Shown here in pieces: positions 10,228 through 19,897 of a stretch of DNA of 64,000 bases. Location: the NCBI GenBank assembly GCA_965198945.1, contig CBDAQI010000013.1:96001-160000 (forward strand), read 5' to 3'. Origin of the DNA: Thermodesulfobacteriota bacterium. Lineage in GTDB: Bacteria > Desulfobacterota_D > UBA1144 > Nemesobacterales > Mycalebacteriaceae. The first letter of the stretch is position 1. Each line of letters starts with the position of its first letter. The notes under the pieces were generated by a model, which saw only the letters and a program-made list of their open reading frames with translations, was not told the DNA's origin and made no database searches. A program made the translations under genes and the position numbers.

Positions 10228-11545
10228 TCCGGGATATTTCCGTGGAATTTTCTCCGGACAGTTCAAAAAGCTCTCTCACAACATCAACATAAGAGCTCTG
10301 TTCCGGCGATTGTGCGGCCTCCCCTTTCAGTTTTGTAACAGGACTGTGCAGGAATTTCCCCATAATGGACCTGGTGAGAGATTTTAACACTCTGTCCCTT
10401 TCTTCTTTGTCGCAGTTGCCCTGTTTTTCAAGAGCGTCAATTTTGGCGATTGCTTTCAGCGTTTCTTCGTTCACTATTTCGCCGGTCTTTTTTCTGAGTT
10501 CCACTATTAAAGGAAATGCCTTGAGACCTTTCTGCCAGAAAACAAACCTTTCTGAGTCTTCTCTTATAATATTTTCCGCTTCGTAAAGACTTTTCCGCAA
10601 ACTGACGCGATTTTTTTCAACGATGTTCTGGAGATCATCCATATCATAGAGAAAAACACCCTCTATATCACCAACTTTCGGGTCTATATCTCTTGGAAAG
10701 GCTATGTCAATAAGTGAGATTGGCTCATTTTTTCTCAATTTCATGGCATCAAGCAGATCTTCCCGTTTGAGTATGTAGTCAGGTGAGCCTGTCGCCGAGA
10801 TTACTATGTCGGTTTTTCTCATCCACAGCCCTATTTCCTCAAGAGTCAGGGTCTCCCCTCCCACTGAAAAGGCGAGTTGTGAAGCTTTTTTTCTGTTTTT
10901 CCCGGCAATTCTGATTTTCCCGGCTCCTCTTTTTGCCAGTTGGATCGCCGCTTCCTCCGAGGCCTCGCCGGTTCCCACAACCATCACGGAGCATTTCTCA
11001 ATATCACCGAAAATATTTCTTGCAAGCTGAGCGGCAACCGAGCTCACCGAAACTGTGTGTGAACAGCCGCCCGTTTTGTTTTTTATCTTTTTTGTGGTGG
11101 AAAAAGCGCTCTGAAAAAGCTTGTTCAGTGTTATCCCCGCCGTGCGGTTTTGAAGAGCGGTTTCATATGCGCGTTTCAACTGGCCGAGTATTTGAGGCTC
11201 TCCGACCACCATAGAGTCCATTCCCGCGGCGACTCTGTGCAGATGGCGTATTGCTTCAACCCCTTCAAAAAAATAGAACTTGTTCCGAATGAAATCTCTT
11301 TGCACCTGTTCGTTAAGTTCACAAAGGAATTCAGATATGCCGCCAAAACATTCCTCACTGTTTTTGCAAGCCGCATATATCTCAATTCTGTTGCATGTGG
11401 ATACCATGACGCATTCATTCACCGCTCGCTTCACTATCAGCGCACGTAAAACCTCCCCGGCGGTCATGTTTCCGAACGAAACTCTCTCCCGCTCCTCAAT
11501 TGGAGATGTTTTATGGCTTATTCCGCAAACAACTACGGTTTCCAT
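10199..11545 (-). CDS. hemA: Glutamyl-tRNA reductase
   Basis: GISHKTSPIEERE, STCNRIEIY, GMDSMVVGEPQILGQ, IDIAFPRDID. Confidence 0.96.
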   Translation of the reverse strand: METVVVCGISHKTSPIEERERVSFGNMTAGEVLRALIVKRAVNECVMVSTCNRIEIYAACKNSEECFGGISEFLCELNEQVQRDFIRNKFYFFEGVEAIRHLHRVAAGMDSMVVGEPQILGQLKRAYETALQNRTAGITLNKLFQSAFSTTKKIKNKTGGCSHTVSVSSVAAQLARNIFGDIEKCSVMVVGTGEASEEAAIQLAKRGAGKIRIAGKNRKKASQLAFSVGGETLTLEEIGLWMRKTDIVISATGSPDYILKREDLLDAMKLRKNEPISLIDIAFPRDIDPKVGDIEGVFLYDMDDLQNIVEKNRVSLRKSLYEAENIIREDSERFVFWQKGLKAFPLIVELRKKTGEIVNEETLKAIAKIDALEKQGNCDKEERDRVLKSLTRSIMGKFLHSPVTKLKGEAAQSPEQSSYVDVVRELFELSGENSTEISRNENKNRKQG

Positions 11546-11562
11546 TGGTTCACAAGCCCCTC

Positions 11563-12117
11563 TTACAGGTCTTCCCCGATAAGACTTAAAAATTCCGTGC
11601 GCGACCTCTCGTCAGTTCTGAAAAGACCGTTCATTGAACTTGTTATCATATTAGCCCTTGATTTCTGAACCCCGCGCATTGCCATGCAGAGATGGTATCC
11701 TTTTGCCACCACCGCCACACCTTTGGGACGAAGAGACTCTTTAAGCAGGTTGGCAATTTGAACCGTCATTCTTTCCTGCACCTGAAGACGTCTTGAAAAC
11801 ACTTCAATAATGCGTGGTATCTTGCTTAAGCCAATAATTTTTCCATCAGGAATATATGCCACATGACATTTTCCGAAAAACGGCAGCATATGGTGCTCGC
11901 AAAGACTGTAAAACTCGGTGTCTTTGACAAGGACCATCTCGTCATAGTCTATTTCATAGATCGCTTTTTGTGCTATTTTCACCGGATCCTGCCCGTAGCC
12001 CGCTGTTATTTCCCCGAGCATTTTCTCAATACGCTCAGGCGTTCCCTCAAGCCCTTCCCTTGAAGGATTTTCACCAATCTCCGTTAAGATGTCCGTTACG
12101 GCTTTTTTAATTTTCAT
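11563..12117 (-). CDS. folE: GTP cyclohydrolase I
   Basis: GENPSREGLEGTPER, SLCEHHMLPF, GLSKIPR, RRLQVQER, HLCMAMRGV; ATG 12117 overlaps the nuoM end. Confidence 0.96.
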   Translation of the reverse strand: MKIKKAVTDILTEIGENPSREGLEGTPERIEKMLGEITAGYGQDPVKIAQKAIYEIDYDEMVLVKDTEFYSLCEHHMLPFFGKCHVAYIPDGKIIGLSKIPRIIEVFSRRLQVQERMTVQIANLLKESLRPKGVAVVAKGYHLCMAMRGVQKSRANMITSSMNGLFRTDERSRTEFLSLIGEDL

Positions 12118-13681
12118 TTGTTCCCCTTGCTTTGAGATTTGGCTGTTCGCTCTTTTCAGTTCGTAGCTGCGAAATAAAGTGTTTCGCCCCCGGCTCAATT
12201 TTTGAAAGAAACGGTTTCGGATAAACTCCCATAAAGATTATAATTACGGACATTGGTAAAAGCACCGCCAATTCTCTGATATTTATATCAGACAGCGTTC
12301 CGTTTTCTTCTTTTTCAAGAGGGCCGAAAAACACGTTTTTGACCGCTTTCAGCATATAGAACGCTCCGAGCACTATTCCCGATGCGGCAAGAGCCGCGTA
12401 AAGAAGGTTTTCTTTGAATGCCCCGAGGAGGACAAGAAACTCTCCCACAAACCCGTTCAGTAGCGGAAGACCTATTGAAGCAAATGCGGAAAGAATAAAA
12501 AACGCTGAAAATATGGGCATTGAAGATGATATTCCACCGAAATCTCTTATTTTTTTTGTGTGTCTTCTTTCGTAAATCATGCCCACCAGAATAAAAAGTG
12601 CGCTTGTTGAAATTCCGTGAGCGAGCATGTGGAACATGCCTCCCTGGAGCCCCTGTATATTCATAAGAGTTATGCCGAGAGCAATGACCCCCATATGGCT
12701 GACACTTGAATAGGCGATAAGTTTTTTAAGATCCTTCTGAGCAAAAGCCACAATTGCTCCGTAGATAACACCAACGATTGCGGCGATTGACAGAACGGGC
12801 ATAAAAGCGGCGGAAGCCTCAGGGAAAAAGGGAAAAAGAAATCTTAAAATCCCGTAGACGCCAAGCTTCAGCAGAATGCCCGCAAGTATAACACTGCCTG
12901 CGGTGGGCGCTTCAACATGAGCGTCCGGCAGCCATGTGTGCAAAGGCACAATGGGAACTTTTATCGCAAAAGCAAGAAGAAATGCCGCAAATAAAAGCCC
13001 CTGAGGGCTCGCCGGTCCGTTGAAAGAAGCGCTGACTTTCAACAAATCAGCAATCGCCATTGAGGCGTATCCGAACTGATTTATGTGTTCGGAGTAGAGA
13101 TGGAAAATTGCGCCGAACATAAGCGCGCTTCCAAATGCCGTATATATAAAAAACTTTACCGCCGCATAAACACGCCTTTCAGTTCCCCAGACGCCTATTA
13201 GAAAATATAACGGGATAAGCGCGGCTTCCCAGAAAAGAAAGAAAAGAATCATATCCTCCGCGACAAGGGTTCCTATAATTGCGGTTTCTATTATCAGGAC
13301 AAGGGAGAAAAACTCTTTTGACTTCCTTTTGGCGATGTTCCAGGAACTGAGAATAGCAAAAGGCATGATAAACGTTGTCAGTGTTACAAGGGTTATGCTG
13401 AGCCAATCAACCCCCACCCCGTAATTGATTCCAAGTTCCGGCATCCAGTCTGCGGTCTGGCGGAACTGCATACCCACAACATTTTCCGGCTGAAAGTTGA
13501 TGAAAAGCGGCACTGAAAACAGAAAAACAACCGTGCTTAAAACAAAAGCGGCCAGTTTGAAAGTTTCATCCGAAAGCCTCAGAGCCAGGTTACAAAAAAT
13601 AAGAAAGCAAATTCCCGCAAGTGGCAGAAATGTAACAAGAGTCAGGTTGCCCTCAAAAATGGTGTTGATAATATATGACAA
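12107..13681 (-). CDS. nuoM: NADH-quinone oxidoreductase subunit M (antiporter-like subunit), stand-alone
   Basis: LFFLFWEAALIPLYFLIGVWG, AFAIKVPIVPLHTWLPDAHVEAPTAGSVILAGILLKLG, DLKKLIAYSSVSHMG, GLPLLNGFVGEF. Confidence 0.92.
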   Translation of the reverse strand: MSYIINTIFEGNLTLVTFLPLAGICFLIFCNLALRLSDETFKLAAFVLSTVVFLFSVPLFINFQPENVVGMQFRQTADWMPELGINYGVGVDWLSITLVTLTTFIMPFAILSSWNIAKRKSKEFFSLVLIIETAIIGTLVAEDMILFFLFWEAALIPLYFLIGVWGTERRVYAAVKFFIYTAFGSALMFGAIFHLYSEHINQFGYASMAIADLLKVSASFNGPASPQGLLFAAFLLAFAIKVPIVPLHTWLPDAHVEAPTAGSVILAGILLKLGVYGILRFLFPFFPEASAAFMPVLSIAAIVGVIYGAIVAFAQKDLKKLIAYSSVSHMGVIALGITLMNIQGLQGGMFHMLAHGISTSALFILVGMIYERRHTKKIRDFGGISSSMPIFSAFFILSAFASIGLPLLNGFVGEFLVLLGAFKENLLYAALAASGIVLGAFYMLKAVKNVFFGPLEKEENGTLSDINIRELAVLLPMSVIIIFMGVYPKPFLSKIEPGAKHFISQLRTEKSEQPNLKARGTNEN

Positions 13682-13854
13682 AGGGTCTTCGCCGCCCGAG
13701 TGTTGTCTTCACAGCGATCGGTAAATAGTAATCCATATCTTGGATGTTGACAAATTACGGGTCAGAGCTGAAACGGGCTTCATATTTTTGCTCAGCCGGA
13801 GTCTTTTCTCTTTGAATCTTAGGAGCCGATTCATAATAATTGTGTAGAAGTTCC

Positions 13855-15483
13855 ATGGCGCCTTTTGACTACCAATCTCTTTGCAAATCCTGGAAGTGGT
13901 GTATTCCCCGCAATTTTAACATTGGAGCGGACTGTGCGGACAAATACGCCGCACATCCTGAATTTCGTAAACAAACCGCGCTTATCTGGGAAAGCGGCGA
14001 CGGGTTTGTAAAAAACTACACATTTTCAGATGTCAGCAGGATAACAAACAAAATAGCAAACAGCTTTCTTGCCTCAAACATAAACCGCGGAGACAGAATA
14101 GTTGTGATGCTGGAAAATGTTCCCGAATTTCCTTTTTCATTTCTTGCCGCCCTAAAAATCGGGGCAATTCCAATTCCGGCAAGCTCCATGCTTGTTGAAA
14201 ATGAGATTTCATATATTCTGCGCGACAGCGGCGCAAAAGCCATTGTTACCTCTCCCGAACTCTACGGCCGGATTGATATGGTAAGAGACAGATGCCCGGG
14301 GTTGCAAACAGTTTTTATTACGGGAGGAAAAGCGCCTTCACACTGTGTTGATCTTGACGAACTTTTGCAAAAATCCTCTCCCGAACTTGAGCCGGAGAAA
14401 ACTCTTGCCGAAGACATTGCATATCTCTGCTACACATCGGGAACAACCGGGGAACCGAAGGGGGTCGCCCACGCTCACAGATGCATTATCGGACGCGATC
14501 CGGCGGCGTTTTACTGGCTCGGTGTCGGGTCGCGCCCGGTTGTTTTTCATGCCGGAAAACTGAACTGGACATACACGCTCGGCGCAGGATGCCTTGACCC
14601 GTGGCGGCACGGGTGCGCCTGTGTTATTTACGGGGGCGACTATGATCCGCTCAAGATGTTTGATGTTATCCGGAGGCACCGGGTTAATGTTTTTATGGCC
14701 GTTCCGACGGTTTACAGGCAAATGGTGAAAGCGGCGGCGGGCATGTCTTTTGACCTTTCAAGTATTTCCCATTGTCTGAGTGCGGGCGAGGGGTTGAGCG
14801 CTGAACTTTTTTCCGACTGTAAAGACGAGCTGGGAGTTTTGCTATACGACGGTCTCGGAATGAGCGAGTTCAGTTACTACATATCCAATATGATCGGGAT
14901 GGAAATCAAACCCGGTTCACCGGGAAAGCCCCAGCCCGGCAGAAACTGTTTTCTAATAAACCCCGAAACCGGACAACTCGCCGCCAAAGGTGAACAGGGA
15001 GTTTTGGCGTCCGCTCCGGATGATCCGGGAATTATGCTCGGCTACCGGAACCGTCCGGATGAAACCCGGAAAATGTTTTCGCCAAAAGGAGATTTTGTCA
15101 GCGGAGACTATTTCAAAACCGATGATGACGGCTACCTTCTGCCGCTCGGAAGAAAAGACGACATGATAAACAGTTTCGGTTACAGAATTTCGCCTTTTGA
15201 AATAGAAGCCTTTCTTTCAAAGCACCGAAAAGTGAGAGACTGTGCGGTTGCGGGAATTGACGCCGGAGAAGGCAAAGTCATAACAACCGCTTTTATAGTT
15301 GCCAAAGATGACATGCGACCACGGGATTATTCTTTGAAGGAAGAATTGAACTGTTTTCTCAACCGGTCTCTTGCAAAATACAAGGTTCCGAAAGAGATAA
15401 TTTTTACCGACTCAATACCGCGTACGAAAAACGGCAAAACACAACGCTCAGTTTTGCGCGAACAGTTTGGTAAACCAACCTGA
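13855..15483 (+). CDS. Acyl-CoA synthetase / AMP-binding enzyme (medium-chain or aromatic acid-CoA ligase-like)
   Basis: YTSGTTGEPKG, DGLGMSE, SGD, GRKDDMI, PRTKNGK adenylation motifs. Confidence 0.9.
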   Translation: MAPFDYQSLCKSWKWCIPRNFNIGADCADKYAAHPEFRKQTALIWESGDGFVKNYTFSDVSRITNKIANSFLASNINRGDRIVVMLENVPEFPFSFLAALKIGAIPIPASSMLVENEISYILRDSGAKAIVTSPELYGRIDMVRDRCPGLQTVFITGGKAPSHCVDLDELLQKSSPELEPEKTLAEDIAYLCYTSGTTGEPKGVAHAHRCIIGRDPAAFYWLGVGSRPVVFHAGKLNWTYTLGAGCLDPWRHGCACVIYGGDYDPLKMFDVIRRHRVNVFMAVPTVYRQMVKAAAGMSFDLSSISHCLSAGEGLSAELFSDCKDELGVLLYDGLGMSEFSYYISNMIGMEIKPGSPGKPQPGRNCFLINPETGQLAAKGEQGVLASAPDDPGIMLGYRNRPDETRKMFSPKGDFVSGDYFKTDDDGYLLPLGRKDDMINSFGYRISPFEIEAFLSKHRKVRDCAVAGIDAGEGKVITTAFIVAKDDMRPRDYSLKEELNCFLNRSLAKYKVPKEIIFTDSIPRTKNGKTQRSVLREQFGKPT

Positions 15484-15487
15484 AAAG

Positions 15488-16426
15488 TCAGCCCGAATAT
15501 GCGGCGCAGGTGATTTTCATCACCTCAGTGTTGCTCTGTTTTCCAACGGCTCCCGGAACGATAATGGGAAGGTCCACTCCCGCCTCTCTGTGCTCTTCAA
15601 GCTTCTCACGGCATCGGGAGGCGGGTCCCACAAGTGCAACGGCATCAATCAACTCATCGGTGAAAACCTCGTGTGGTTTTTCTCCCGCCTGAATTTTCTC
15701 AACCACATCGCCGTGCCCTATGTTTTTTATAAGACGCTGGTAGAAGGGAAAACGAGCGTAGCCCGAAAGGCCCATTTTTGCGGACTTTATCGCATCCTCA
15801 AGGCTGTCTGAAACAAATGAGGGAATTCCGTTTGTAATTTCAATCTCGGACGGGCTTCTGCCCGCTTCTCGGGCGCCCTCTGCAACCCGTTCCTTTAACT
15901 GTTTAATATATTCCGGCGGTGACATATAGGGCATAAGACCGTCCGCCGCTCTTCCCGCAAGACGCGCCGCGGAATTTGTCAATCCCGCTATGTGGATAGG
16001 AAACCGCGGAAGTTTGCGTTTGATTGTGAGAAGCTCCGAAGACCCGTCCAGTATGGGTTTGAGTTCCGAAATGTATCCTTCCATTGATTCCACCGGATTG
16101 CCCATTTCTATTCCGAATTTGTCATTAACAGGTTTGTGACTCACTCCGAGACCGAGAATCATTCTTCCGCCTGAAACTTCCTGAACCGTAAGCGCTTCGG
16201 CGGCGCATATTAAGGGTCTGCGCATGAATATGTTTGTTATCCATGTGCCGACCTTTATTTTTGATGTCGCTTCGGCAAAAACCTGCGCGTTGGAAATTGC
16301 GCTGTAGGGAGGAACCTCAGGGGAAAAAATGGCCTCAAAACCCGAATTTTCAGCTTCCCGCGCAAGCGCTCTCAAATCATCAACCCCACATCCCCAAACG
16401 GGTGAAATAGTTGCTATTCGTTTCAT
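15488..16426 (-). CDS. LLM-class (luciferase-like) flavin/F420-dependent oxidoreductase
   Basis: AREAENSGFEAIF..E, ATSKIKVGT, SGGRMILGLGVSH, AGRAADG; AGGAG RBS before ATG 16426. Confidence 0.88.
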   Translation of the reverse strand: MKRIATISPVWGCGVDDLRALAREAENSGFEAIFSPEVPPYSAISNAQVFAEATSKIKVGTWITNIFMRRPLICAAEALTVQEVSGGRMILGLGVSHKPVNDKFGIEMGNPVESMEGYISELKPILDGSSELLTIKRKLPRFPIHIAGLTNSAARLAGRAADGLMPYMSPPEYIKQLKERVAEGAREAGRSPSEIEITNGIPSFVSDSLEDAIKSAKMGLSGYARFPFYQRLIKNIGHGDVVEKIQAGEKPHEVFTDELIDAVALVGPASRCREKLEEHREAGVDLPIIVPGAVGKQSNTEVMKITCAAYSG

Positions 16427-16524
16427 TCGTTTTCTCCTGAGATGTCCATTTGCCATCTTACAAAAAAGTGTTTTGTCCGATTTAGACTAACCCATTGGAG
16501 GGCAATTTGAAATCCGGACGGTTT

Positions 16525-16553
16525 TTGACACCTCACACCTTTGGAATTATAAT
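16525..16553 (+). promoter_or_regulatory. Perfect-consensus sigma70 promoter
   Basis: TTGACA (16525-16530), 17-bp spacer, TATAAT (16548-16553). Confidence 0.85.
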
Positions 16554-16563
16554 TAAATTCGAG

Positions 16564-16668
16564 ATGAAAAACCGAACGGGCGGAGAAATATACATAAGCG
16601 GAATTTTTGTGCTGGTGGCATTGATTCTCCTGATTGCTTCTCTGACCCATGTGTTTTTAAAACCTTGA
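16564..16668 (+). CDS. 34-aa single-pass membrane peptide (not in ORF track)
   Basis: MKNRTGGEIYISGIFVLVALILLIASLTHVFLKP*; starts 10 nt after the -10 box; its TGA overlaps the next ATG (TGATG). Confidence 0.6.
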   Translation: MKNRTGGEIYISGIFVLVALILLIASLTHVFLKP

Positions 16669-18364
16669 TGTCTGAGAGAGGAAAAAATCAATAGGAACCA
16701 TTTCTGTCTACGGCAGAAAATCCGGTCTTACCAGCAGAGAAATCAAGCTGGTTCTTAAAATCTATTCAAAATCTCTTGACCCGAAAATGGTCATGACGCG
16801 GGAATTTGGAAATTCCCTCGTCCTTGTATCCTCTGAAGTGAAGAGGCCGATTTCGGTTCTCCTTGACAAAAAAGGCAGGGTATCGGCCGTATTTGTCGGA
16901 GACTGCCGCAACATTGACATATCATCTTTTTTTACAAGACACCGCGATTCCGGTCGCGGAATCAGAAACTATCGTCTCATCGCAACCCACACTGACGGAA
17001 GCGGTCTTGCGGAGAATGAAAAATTCACGCTTATAAATGAACGGCTTGAAATGGTTGGTGTTATCAAGATGTCAAAAAACGCCCCGTCGTGTTCCCCGGC
17101 CGGATTTGAACTTGCCTATCCGCTTTCGCCCGATGTTCCCGGAGGAGAAGAAAAATGGAAAACCGCTGAATTTCCGGATTACGGCAATGTGAACATTGAT
17201 ATTGAAAGCGCTCTTGAACCCGTGAAAAACCTCAGGGCGGTTGAGTCTTCACACGGGAGAGGAGACTATGTTTTCCTTGCGGGGGTCGAATGCGATTCAC
17301 AACCCGAAGCTGAAGCTTCCGTGGAGGAACTGAAAAATCTTGTTGTTTCCACCGGTAAAAATGTTCTTTCGTCCCGTATTTATAGCATTAATAAAAAATC
17401 AAAAACCGCCGGAAAAACCGTTTTGGGAGAAAAAAAACTTGCCGACCTTCTCCTGCGTGCCAGACACGAGGGGGCGGGCGCAATAGTTTTTGACACTGAA
17501 CTTGCGCCATCCGAGATTTCCGAGATACAAAGCCGGACGGATATGAAAATTATTGACAGAACTCAACTCATACTTGAGATTTTTTCCTTGCGCGCATCTT
17601 CAAGTGAGGGGAAAATTCAGGTCAGGCTTGCCGAATTGAGATACGCTCTTCCCCGTATTTCCGGAAAGGGAATTCAGATGTCTCAACCGGGGGCCGGAAT
17701 AGGGACGAGAGGACCGGGAGAAAAAGCGCTTGAAAAAGAGAGAAGACAGATCAGAAAGCGCATAAAGGATCTGGAACGACAGATAAGCGCAATATCGGGA
17801 CGCAGAAAGAGAACCAGAAAAAATCGTATGGGAGAAAGCACGGAAATGATTTCGCTTGTGGGATATACAAACGCGGGCAAATCCACGCTGTTTTCCGCAC
17901 TTTCCGGTCAGCAAACCGAAATTGCGGACAAGATGTTCTCAACTTTGGAAACGAAAACCCGCAGAATCCATTCTTCAGGCGACGGGGATCTATTGCTTAC
18001 CGACACGGTGGGGTTTATAAGAGACCTTCCCCAAGACTTGAGGGCGGCTTTCAGGGCCACTTTGGAGGAACTTGGTGAAGCGGATTTGCTTCTGCATGTG
18101 GCAGACGCCAGCGATCCTATTGTGGCGGATAAAATAGACTCGGTTGAAAGTGTGATTGACTCAATGGGATTTGGCTCCGTAAGGCGGCTTCTGGTATTTA
18201 ACAAAATTGAAAAAACTCCCGAATGGAAAAGAAAAAATCTTTCCATTCTGCATCCCGGCGCGGTTTTTGTTTCGGCGCTGTCACGGTTCAACCTCGGAGA
18301 AGTTGTTAAACGCGCAGAGATGCTTTTGAAATCCGATAAGCAAAACTATCCTCTTGCAATTTAA
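16668..18364 (+). CDS. hflX: GTPase HflX, long N-terminal form
   Basis: IIDRTQLILEIF..RA, GIGTRGPGEKALE, VGYTNAGKSTL, DTVGFI, FRATLEE, NKIE. HflX-like sequence extends upstream of 16787 (IGTISVYGRKSGLTSREIK, in frame from ATA 16691); ATG 16668 needs one extra A in the A6 run at 16682-16687. Confidence 0.92.
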
Positions 18365-18376
18365 GGAAGTGGAAAA

Positions 18377-19501
18377 ATGATTTCATATAAAAGAATGGCG
18401 GATCATTTGATGAGTATTATCCGCATAGACAGTGAATCGCTTTTTGAAAGAGACGTTGCGCTTGTTCTGGAAAAGGAAATGAAAGAGGTTGGCGCCGAAT
18501 GTCTTTATGATGACTGCGGAGAAGAAGTCGGCGGCAATACGGGAAATCTGATTGTTAAAATCAAGGGCAACACCGAAGCCCCGCCTTTTTTCCTTTCCGC
18601 TCATATGGATACGGTTGCTCCCGGCCGGGGCATTAAGCCCTTTATAAAAGACGGTGTTATGAGGAGCGACGGAACGACAATTCTCGGAAGCGATGACAAA
18701 AGCGGGGTTTCTATAATAGTTGAAATCATACGCTCCCTCAAAGAGAACGACCTGCCGCACGGGGATATTGAGATCGCCTTTACAATATGCGAAGAGATCG
18801 GGCTTCTGGGCGCAAAATTCATTGACGGTTCTCTGTTTGAGTCTTCCGAAGGAATTGTGCTTGACAGCAGCACTCCCGACCGTCTGGTTTTGCGGTGCCC
18901 GGCTTCGGACCGTCTCGGTGTTCTAATCAAAGGTGTTGAAGCGCATGCGGGGCTGTGTCCCGAGGATGGAATAAGCGCCGTGGAGATCGCGGCGGATGCG
19001 GTTGCAAAGATGAAACTTGGAAGAATAGATTCTGAAACAACCTCGAACATCGGAACAATATCTGGGGGGACAGCCATAAACATTGTTCCAGGAGAGGTGA
19101 AACTTCTTTGTGAAGCGAGAAGCCATAATCAAGAAAAACTCACGGCTCAGATGGAACATATGAAAAAATGCTTTGAAGACGCTTCGGCGGACGCACGCGG
19201 AGGAGTTCCCGCCGTGGAATTTATCCATGAAGCCATCTACCCTTTGATGAATGTCTCTCCGTCTTCAAGAATGGCAAAAAGTGTTGAGCTGAATGCCCGC
19301 CGCAGGGGAAATCCGCTGGTTTTTCATACGAGCGGCGGCGGTTGCGATGCCAACTATTTCAACCGTAAGGGGATAGAGTGCGTAAATCTCGGCACGGGCA
19401 TGTACGATCTGCACACGGTAAACGAGCATCTTATTGTTGAGGAATTCAACAGGTGCGCCGATATTGTTATGAAAACCATTTTGCAAAATGCCGGACACTA
19501 A
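18377..19501 (+). CDS. M20 family metallopeptidase (peptidase T-like)
   Basis: SAHMDTV, ILGSDDKSG, CEEIGLLGA, AHAG, GGGCDAN, HTVNE. Confidence 0.9.
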   Translation: MISYKRMADHLMSIIRIDSESLFERDVALVLEKEMKEVGAECLYDDCGEEVGGNTGNLIVKIKGNTEAPPFFLSAHMDTVAPGRGIKPFIKDGVMRSDGTTILGSDDKSGVSIIVEIIRSLKENDLPHGDIEIAFTICEEIGLLGAKFIDGSLFESSEGIVLDSSTPDRLVLRCPASDRLGVLIKGVEAHAGLCPEDGISAVEIAADAVAKMKLGRIDSETTSNIGTISGGTAINIVPGEVKLLCEARSHNQEKLTAQMEHMKKCFEDASADARGGVPAVEFIHEAIYPLMNVSPSSRMAKSVELNARRRGNPLVFHTSGGGCDANYFNRKGIECVNLGTGMYDLHTVNEHLIVEEFNRCADIVMKTILQNAGH

Positions 19502-19883
19502 AACTAAAAAAGCTCTCATAATTGTTGACCACGGAAGCACGGTTGAAGAAGCAAATCTTCTGCTTGCGGATGTCGCCCGAAAAATCAGGGAACGGCGGCC
19601 GGATTTTGATATTGTTGAGCACTGTCATATGGAAATTGTCCCTCCCACGATGGATGAAGCTTTTGAAAAATGCGTAAGCCGGGGGGCCGGAGAAGTGATT
19701 GTCCACCCCTATTTTCTCACCCCGGGCAGGCATTCGGGTTTTGACATACCGTCAATGGCCGTGAAGGCGGCGAAGAAATTTCCGGGATTGAAGTGCGACG
19801 TTACCGAGCCGCTCGGACTTCATGAAAAAATAGTTGATGTTGTTCTGGAAAGAGCCTCAGAACTGCGCGAAAAGCAAAGATAA
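19488..19883 (+). CDS. cbiX: Short CbiX/SirB-type sirohydrochlorin chelatase
   Basis: IIVDHGS, HMEIVPP, VHPYFLTPGRH..DIP, TEPLG. Confidence 0.82.
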   Translation: MPDTKTKKALIIVDHGSTVEEANLLLADVARKIRERRPDFDIVEHCHMEIVPPTMDEAFEKCVSRGAGEVIVHPYFLTPGRHSGFDIPSMAVKAAKKFPGLKCDVTEPLGLHEKIVDVVLERASELREKQR

Positions 19884-19897
19884 GTTAGACTGCCCCG

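Noticed and set aside
13700..13834. 41-codon - strand ORF upstream of nuoM (MNRLLRFKEKRL...)
   Set aside because: No RBS or motif, and it lies in a divergent promoter region; not supportable.
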